Both the position numbers and the translations under genes were made by a program. From Candidatus Bathyarchaeota archaeon (GTDB lineage Archaea; Thermoproteota; Bathyarchaeia; Bathyarchaeales; Bathycorpusculaceae), in NCBI GenBank assembly GCA_963739305.1, contig CAVTZU010000033.1, forward strand, positions 1-17,547: a stretch of 17,547 bases of DNA. The letters are read 5' to 3'. This document shows, piece by piece, positions 8,618 to 14,465 of the stretch. Position 1 is the first letter of the stretch. Each line of letters begins with the position of its first letter. The notes beneath the pieces were generated by a model. It saw nothing but the letters and a program-made list of their open reading frames with translations. It made no database searches and was not told the DNA's origin.

Positions 8618-9280
8618 TTATTTCAGCTTCTTCTGTAGTGATCCCTTCCCTTCTTTAACCCGTTTCGCAGGTTTCCATGATTTTCTGATGAACTCAGGAT
8701 ATTCATCAGCGTTCTTCATCAACCTTTCAAGAAAAGCGATTGTTCTCGAATCCGAAGGATAGCCAGACCCAAAACTCCCATGAATCTGTCCCAGAAGAGC
8801 GATCTCCCGATCCCTTTCAACCTTAGCAATAATCGAAGCTGCAGAAACAGCAACGTAGTTTCGATCGGCCTTGTGTTCCGAGACTATCTTGGCCTTGAAC
8901 GGTAGACACTCAAGTATGTGCTGTCTAAACCGTTCCTCCAAAACATCGGACGCATCAACATAAACCAAGTCTGGTCTGAGCGCGTCAATGACCTTGGCCA
9001 TCGTTTGCGCTTCCAACCAGTTCAACTTGTGCAACCTTCTTCCACTCTTGACCACACTATCTATTTCTTTCGGCTGAAGCTTCTGAACACTGGTTTTGCA
9101 TGCAATCTTCATGATGTGCTCAGCCAAAAACTCGCGTCTGCGAGGAGAAAGAAGCTTCGAATCCTTGACCCCCAAGATCTTCAACTTCGACAAGTCCTCG
9201 TCTTTGACCAAGACTCCCGCGATGACTAAAGGACCGATCACGGCACCGCGCCCAGCGTCATCCACACCAGCAATCAACAT
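8618..9280 (-). CDS. rnhB: Ribonuclease HII
   Basis: AGVDDAGRG.VIGPLV, GVKDSKLL, LN.LE, VYVDA, EHKAD, VSAASIIAKVERD, GSGYPSD, IRKSW. Confidence 0.97.
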   Translation of the reverse strand: MLIAGVDDAGRGAVIGPLVIAGVLVKDEDLSKLKILGVKDSKLLSPRRREFLAEHIMKIACKTSVQKLQPKEIDSVVKSGRRLHKLNWLEAQTMAKVIDALRPDLVYVDASDVLEERFRQHILECLPFKAKIVSEHKADRNYVAVSAASIIAKVERDREIALLGQIHGSFGSGYPSDSRTIAFLERLMKNADEYPEFIRKSWKPAKRVKEGKGSLQKKLK

Positions 9281-9321
9281 GCGGCCCCGCCCCTCGTTCC
9301 TGAACTATTTTATCTGAGGAG

Positions 9322-9335
9322 TTATAACACTTTAC
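9322..9335 (-). promoter_or_regulatory. TATA promoter of rnhB
   Basis: Minus strand GTAAAGTG-TTATAA, about 42 nt upstream of the ATG. Confidence 0.5.
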
Positions 9336-9378
9336 AGGGACAAGCTAGCGCGATCTTCGACAACAACGAATTTCCCCA

Positions 9379-9398
9379 GATATTTGGATCCAAATATC
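9379..9398. promoter_or_regulatory. Perfect 20-bp palindrome (candidate protein-binding site or hairpin)
   Basis: GATATTTGGATCCAAATATC equals its own reverse complement. It lies between the NTPase gene and rnhB. Confidence 0.55.
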
Positions 9399-9457
9399 CA
9401 TGATACATTGAAACCTAGGAGGGGCCGACAAAACTCCGAGTTAGAATAAGAATCAAG

Positions 9458-9477
9458 AAAAACCATCAAAAACCGTC
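9458..9477 (-). terminator. Tandem oligo-T terminator candidate for the NTPase gene
   Basis: AAAAACCATC AAAAACCGTC tandem 10-mers on the + strand give two T5 runs directly after the minus-strand TAG. Confidence 0.5.
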
Positions 9478-10034
9478 TACTCGAAGGCGTGACCCCGCAG
9501 AAAATCCAAACCCTTCTCGGCAACCACATCAGCCAAATGCTCTCGATTCTCCCTCGTCACAGTGAAAACCTCAGCGTCATCCCTCTTTATGACATTTTCA
9601 ATCAACGCGTCACTCATTTTCCAGTGCACAGTGCAGACAGCAAGCTTCTGACCATCAACAACCTTCGTTACGACTTCTCGAAAGCGCCGGGAAAACAACT
9701 CCATCGGCCCGATTTCATCCACGAAAACAACGTCCAAGTCTTCAAGCGCCCTCAATACGGCCTCTACTCCAACGTTGTCAAGACCCTCAATATTCACGCG
9801 GTACTTGCCGATTTGAGGTCCCGCCGTCTGATCAACATGAGCAAGCCATCCTTTTCTGCCGGTCTGCAAATCCAGAATCTCAAAGCCCACGCGATTTCCA
9901 CCAGCTCTAACCTCATTGCTAATCATTCCGCCGACCCTGAAGCCCCCTGCCCTCAGCTTCTCAGACGTCTTCACCAGAACCGTTGTCTTCCCACAACCAG
10001 GAGCACCCGTAAGAACCAACAAACGTTTCTTCAA
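9477..10034 (-). CDS. Nucleoside-triphosphatase (THEP1/NTPase_1 family)
   Basis: Walker A GAPGCGKTT, EVR..G.RVGFEI, GKYRV, Walker B VFVDEIGPMEL, TVH, VTRENR. Confidence 0.93.
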   Translation of the reverse strand: MKKRLLVLTGAPGCGKTTVLVKTSEKLRAGGFRVGGMISNEVRAGGNRVGFEILDLQTGRKGWLAHVDQTAGPQIGKYRVNIEGLDNVGVEAVLRALEDLDVVFVDEIGPMELFSRRFREVVTKVVDGQKLAVCTVHWKMSDALIENVIKRDDAEVFTVTRENREHLADVVAEKGLDFLRGHAFE

Positions 10035-10110
10035 CGCTTCTCAACAGAAACCAGAAGTCTAATATCACCTTAAAGGACCTTCCTACTCATCTCCAGGAAA
10101 AACAAACCAC

Positions 10111-11343
10111 ATGACAGTCAACGAACAAGAACCTCGCTACCCAACCGAAATCATCCAAGAAGGCAAAGCCAGGGTTCTCGTCCCCAAACTCAAAGATTTC
10201 GTAAAACAACCAAGCGACTACGCACCCTCCAAAGCACCCGTCTTCTTCAACCCAGTAATGGAACTCAACCGTGACCTAGCCGTACTAGCTGCACAAGCAC
10301 ATCAAAGACGTCTCAACCGAAAAATCACACTCTGCGAACCCCTCACCGGCACAGGTCTAAGAGGAATACGCTACGCCCTCGAAATCGATGGCCTCAAACG
10401 AACAATCATAGGAGACATAAACGAAAACGCCTTCAGACTCGCAACACACAACGTTCAGATCAACGGACTATCCAAACGAATAACCGTGAAAAAGAAGGAA
10501 GCTAACCAAATCCTCGCAGCCCATAACGCACCCCGAAAACGATTCGACTATATAGACATCGACCCGTTCGGCTCACCAGTTCCGTTCCTCGACTCTGCCA
10601 TCCGCGCCTTGCGAAATCACGGAATGCTCGCTCTGACCGCCACCGACATGGCTTCCTTGTGCGGCGTTCACCCCAGAGCATGCCTCAGAAAATACGGAGG
10701 CCGACCATTAAGAACCGAATACTGCCATGAACTAGCAGTCAGGCTACTTTCCGGCTGCGTTGCAAGCGTCGGCGCCAAGTATGACATAGGAACACAAACA
10801 GTCTTCAGCCACCGAGGAGAACACTACGTAAGAGTCTACGTCACAATAAATTACAGCGCAAGAAACGCCGACGAAAGCCTCGAAAACATGGGCTTTGTCC
10901 TCCACTGCTTCAACTGCTCACACAGAGAAACCGTAAAAGGATATCCAAGAATCGAAAAATCTCGAGAATGCAGCGAGTGCGGCTCAAGACTAAGCGTCGC
11001 AGGACCACTCTGGGTTGGAAACATCTTTGACCCTGATTTTTGCGCATTGATGCAGCTGGAGACCGAACGTAGAAAACTAAAGTCAGCCAGAAAAATAGAG
11101 AATATGCTGACACTAATCAGGAGCGAAGCCGACTCTCCAGTCGGTTATTACGTTATCGACCAGATGTGCGATTCTCTGAACCTACCCGTTCCGCCTGTCA
11201 AAACAGTTGCCCACGTGATAGAACGCGAGGGTTTCGACGCAGCGTTAACTCATTTCAACTCGAGGGGAGTACGCTCAGACATTCCAGCACGCAAGTTGGC
11301 GAAGATCCTACAAGGCCTAGCAGACGCTCGTCGAAGTGGCTGA
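10111..11343 (+). CDS. trm1: tRNA (guanine-26 N2,N2)-dimethyltransferase
   Basis: APVFFNPVMELNRDL, TGLRGIRYALE, DIN, DIDPFGSP, LTATD, LCG, C.RKY, HELAVR, HYVRV, CxxC...CxxC, GPLWVG, THF. Confidence 0.96.
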   Translation: MTVNEQEPRYPTEIIQEGKARVLVPKLKDFVKQPSDYAPSKAPVFFNPVMELNRDLAVLAAQAHQRRLNRKITLCEPLTGTGLRGIRYALEIDGLKRTIIGDINENAFRLATHNVQINGLSKRITVKKKEANQILAAHNAPRKRFDYIDIDPFGSPVPFLDSAIRALRNHGMLALTATDMASLCGVHPRACLRKYGGRPLRTEYCHELAVRLLSGCVASVGAKYDIGTQTVFSHRGEHYVRVYVTINYSARNADESLENMGFVLHCFNCSHRETVKGYPRIEKSRECSECGSRLSVAGPLWVGNIFDPDFCALMQLETERRKLKSARKIENMLTLIRSEADSPVGYYVIDQMCDSLNLPVPPVKTVAHVIEREGFDAALTHFNSRGVRSDIPARKLAKILQGLADARRSG

Positions 11344-11456
11344 TGGCGGATATAGCCTGGAAACGGATGGTCCTGACTCGCAATGAGAGCCCGAACGGCA
11401 ATTTGTCTTCGTACATCTTCAGGAATAAGTCGATTCTTGATAGAAGACTCTTCCAG

Positions 11457-11476
11457 AATGTTTATAATGAAACATT
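11457..11476 (+). promoter_or_regulatory. TATA box of the cohesin-dockerin gene inside an inverted repeat
   Basis: AATGTTT-ATAATG-AAACATT, with TTTATAA at 11461-11467. GGAG RBS near 11496; ATG at 11504. Confidence 0.6.
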
Positions 11477-11503
11477 GGTTAGATTCAGTCACACTGGAGA
11501 GCA

Positions 11504-12676
11504 ATGTACGTGACAAAGAAAATGCTAATAGTCGTCCTGACGATACTCTTAGTCTCTTGCGTTTACGTTGCCATTCTGCCAAAGAGTCACGCAGTTGCTC
11601 CTGTGAGGTTGTACCTCGATCCAGCGAAGATTGATGATGTATCCTACACACCGAACACGACGTTCAACGTTTCGGTCAAGGTTGACAACATTCCAGCGGA
11701 TCCTGGGCTTGTGGGCGTCGAGTTCAACGTGACCTGGGACCCAGCGATACTGAAGGGAGTAGGACTACAGGATGTGATGTTTCACGAAGTAACACCCCCC
11801 GACGATCAGAACAACATTTGGCAAATCGAGAAGACGTTCATCAACAACTCAGTGAACTATGCATGCACATGGCAGAACATAGCTGACGCGACCAGTGCTG
11901 GCTACGCTCCGATTTCTGGCAATCACACAGTAGCTAACATTATGCTTAAGGTCGTGGGCACTGGGAAAACCTCGCTGAATTTTATGGTCGGCAAACTCGG
12001 TGACCCACTCGGTAACCCTATCGCCCGCGACGTCTTCAATGGAACGTTCAGCAATGTCGGAGTGCCTCCTCCTCCTAAGCCTGCTCTTCTGTTCGTTGAT
12101 CCTGCCAAGATCTTGAACGGAAGTCTCGGCTCAGGCTCGAACTTCACGGTCAACATCAATATCGTGAACGCGTCAGGTGTCGGAGGCTTGGAGTTCAAGC
12201 TTGGTTTCAACGCGTCTGAGCTCAACGCTATTTCCATTGCAGCAGGCTCTTTCATTCCAGGATCCGTCACGCCTATCACTCAGGTAGACAACACGACCGG
12301 GTTTGCAAGGTTCAACGTAACCTTGTCCACGCCGCTCGACGGCAACGGAACACTGGCCGTGATCCAGTTCAAGGTGATGACGGACAACTTGAAGAACTCG
12401 ACGCTTCACCTGTATGACGTGGCTTTAGTGGACGGAAGCGGACAGGCGTTGCCATTCTCGACGGTTGACGGCAGTTTCAGCAATCTGAAGGTGATTCCGG
12501 GAGATCTGAACCATGACGGCATCGTTGATATCGATGATGCGATCATGTTCTCTAATTCGTTCGGATCCGCCCCTGGAGACAAGAATTGGAATCCGGAAGC
12601 CGACATGACTGGAGACGGTCAGGTTGACATCATCGACCTGATCTTCATTGCCATGAAGTTCGGGACCACGGCCTAG
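11504..12676 (+). CDS. Secreted protein with two cohesin-like domains and a C-terminal type I-like dockerin
   Basis: Signal peptide. Two homologous ~140-150 aa beta repeats (LYLDPAKI..FNVSVKVDN..EFNVTWDP..GNHTVANIMLKV..NGTFSN and LFVDPAKI..FTVNINIVN..EFKLGFNA..GNGTLAVIQFKV..DGSFSN) joined by PPPPKP. Duplicated Ca-binding loops GDLNHDGIVDIDD and ADMTGDGQVDIID. Confidence 0.88.
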   Translation: MYVTKKMLIVVLTILLVSCVYVAILPKSHAVAPVRLYLDPAKIDDVSYTPNTTFNVSVKVDNIPADPGLVGVEFNVTWDPAILKGVGLQDVMFHEVTPPDDQNNIWQIEKTFINNSVNYACTWQNIADATSAGYAPISGNHTVANIMLKVVGTGKTSLNFMVGKLGDPLGNPIARDVFNGTFSNVGVPPPPKPALLFVDPAKILNGSLGSGSNFTVNINIVNASGVGGLEFKLGFNASELNAISIAAGSFIPGSVTPITQVDNTTGFARFNVTLSTPLDGNGTLAVIQFKVMTDNLKNSTLHLYDVALVDGSGQALPFSTVDGSFSNLKVIPGDLNHDGIVDIDDAIMFSNSFGSAPGDKNWNPEADMTGDGQVDIIDLIFIAMKFGTTA

Positions 12677-13053
12677 CGTTTTCTCTTTTCTTTCCCACGG
12701 TTCACTGTTTCTTGTTTTTGTCTACACTCATCCAGGATTTCAACTGCCGTGCGGATATGAGGGATGGTTATTGAGCCGCCGACGATTAGGGCCACGTTGA
12801 TGGCTTCAAAGAATTCCTCGTCCGAAATGCCTTCCTCTACGCAGCGGATGACGTGGTACGTTATGCAATCGTTACAGCGAAGAACAGTTGAGGCGACGAG
12901 TCCGAGCATTTCTTTGGTTCTAACGTTCAGAGCTTCTCCTTCGTAGGCTCGTGTGTCGAGCGCGAAAAACCTTTTGATGTTAAGGTTTCCCTCTGAGAGT
13001 ATCCGGCTGTTCATTTTTTCACGGTACCGTCTGAACTCTTCAACGTTGTTCAA
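12673..13053 (-). CDS. Carboxymuconolactone decarboxylase / AhpD-like protein
   Basis: L..RTKEMLGLVAS..LRCNDCITYH (CxxC + H), G.SDEEFFEA..VALIVGGS. GAGGAG RBS before the TTG start. Confidence 0.93.
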   Translation of the reverse strand: MNNVEEFRRYREKMNSRILSEGNLNIKRFFALDTRAYEGEALNVRTKEMLGLVASTVLRCNDCITYHVIRCVEEGISDEEFFEAINVALIVGGSITIPHIRTAVEILDECRQKQETVNRGKEKRKR

Positions 13054-13147
13054 CTTAACTCCTCAAGTCTTTAGGGCTTGAATGCGTAGAAAACCCTTGC
13101 GCCTGGTCGTGGTTCGAAGCGATCAGAACTCGTGCACGTAGGTTTGG

Positions 13148-13282
13148 TCAACATTTATCTTGATTGTTTTCAGCCCAAGAACACGATGCCCCTAGTTTTC
13201 TTAGGCGGAGCCGTAATCGGAGGTCTCGCTGGTAAGTGACAAGATTTTTCAGGCGATTTTTCTGTTTTTCTGATATTGCCAT
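13148..13282 (-). CDS. Possible 44-aa basic small ORF (not in the ORF track)
   Basis: MAISEKQKNRLKNLVTYQRDLRLRLRLRKLGASCSWAENNQDKC*. AGGTG sits immediately 5' of the ATG and includes an in-frame GTG at 13285. No recognisable homology; overlaps predicted hairpins. Confidence 0.3.
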   Translation of the reverse strand: MAISEKQKNRLKNLVTYQRDLRLRLRLRKLGASCSWAENNQDKC

Positions 13283-13356
13283 CACCTGCTTGTGACGTTC
13301 ATGCGTTCATGAATTGACATGTGGTCCTAAATATCACGGAGAGGAAGCGAGTACGC

Positions 13357-14370
13357 ATGAGAATTCAATTGATCGGTCTAGGAAATGTCGGCAAGAGCCT
13401 ACTCGCACTTATCAAGGAAAAACAGGGTCTTCTCGATTCTCTGGGGATTCCCCTGTATGTTGTTTCGGCATCTGACTCAAAGGGAACAGCGCATAGTAAC
13501 AGTGGACTTGATTTGAATGAGGTTTTGAATCATAAAGAAGACGACTGGAAAGGTTTCAGTGAGTACGAGACAGGTTATTCCGCGTTGGACGCTATCAAGA
13601 ATATATCGGGTGATGTTGTGGTCGAGCTGACACCGTCTAATCCCTCGGGAGAACCAGGCCTGTCCCATATCAAGACCGCTCTTGAGCGAAGGAAGAACGT
13701 GGTCACAGCGAACAAGACTCCGCTCGTCTTGGCATACGAAGATTTACTAAATATGGCGAGGAAAAGCCAAGTTCGACTTCTCTATGAGGCCACTGTTGCA
13801 GCTCACCTGCCCGTCTTCTGCTTGATCGAATCCTGTTTCAAAGCAGACAAAGTGGTTCGTCTCGAGGGAATCCTCAACGCCACAACCAACTTCATAATCG
13901 GAGAAATTGAAAGGGGACGAAGCTTCCAAGAAGCGCTGACCCAGGCAATAAAAGAGGGGTGGGCTGAGACAGACTACTCGGACGATGTCGACGGAGTAGA
14001 TTCGGCGAGAAAAGTCGTGATCCTGGCGAATTCATTCTTCAAAAAAGGAGCCAAACTCGCAGATGTAGAGATCGAAGGCATCCGAGATGTTGGAAAATCA
14101 ATCGAACGCGCACAACGGCTTCACAAAAAGGTCAAGCTGATCTGCAGTATCTCGTGGAAAGGAACCAACGTCGAAATGTCCGTAGCTCCGCGACTAATCG
14201 CGAAACATGATCCCTTGGCAACAGTTAACGCAGGCGACATGGCGATGAAGCTTGTTTTCCAAACTTCACAACAAGTCTTTGTGTCCGCACAGTTTGCCGG
14301 CGTGAAACAGACTGCATACGCTGTCCTGAATGACTTAATCAAGATTGCACAATTGAACCAGGCTTGCTAG
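13357..14370 (+). CDS. hom: Homoserine dehydrogenase (short form, no ACT domain)
   Basis: Rossmann motif IGLGNVG, VVTANK, YEATV, GILNATTNFI, AETDYSDDVDGVDSARKVVILAN, TA.AVLNDL. ATG 13357, behind a GGAGAGG RBS, is preferred over GTG 13321. Confidence 0.9.
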   Translation: MRIQLIGLGNVGKSLLALIKEKQGLLDSLGIPLYVVSASDSKGTAHSNSGLDLNEVLNHKEDDWKGFSEYETGYSALDAIKNISGDVVVELTPSNPSGEPGLSHIKTALERRKNVVTANKTPLVLAYEDLLNMARKSQVRLLYEATVAAHLPVFCLIESCFKADKVVRLEGILNATTNFIIGEIERGRSFQEALTQAIKEGWAETDYSDDVDGVDSARKVVILANSFFKKGAKLADVEIEGIRDVGKSIERAQRLHKKVKLICSISWKGTNVEMSVAPRLIAKHDPLATVNAGDMAMKLVFQTSQQVFVSAQFAGVKQTAYAVLNDLIKIAQLNQAC

Positions 14371-14465
14371 CAACCGTTTTGGATGCCATACCATAATAGA
14401 ATTCGGAGCCTGATGGAAAACGAATAGTCTAAGTAATTGAACTCCCAATCTCTACTGATCACTTA

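Noticed and set aside
11340-11377. C/D-box-like CTGATGG...CTGG...GGATGG..CTGA overlapping the trm1 stop
   Set aside because: The boxes are degenerate and the second guide would be only 2 nt.
12673-12676. Convergent genes sharing CTAG as overlapping stop codons
   Set aside because: Real, but a common compact arrangement with no special implication.
13054-13356. SAM or T-box riboswitch, or tRNA, upstream of hom
   Set aside because: No S-box core, T-box sequence or cloverleaf, and the stems favour the opposite strand.
812-14370. Several TAG stops (ileS, NTPase, cohesin protein, CMD, hom) suggesting pyrrolysine/amber recoding
   Set aside because: Each protein appears complete at its TAG, no pyl genes are in the window, and the NTPase readthrough hits TGA within a few codons.
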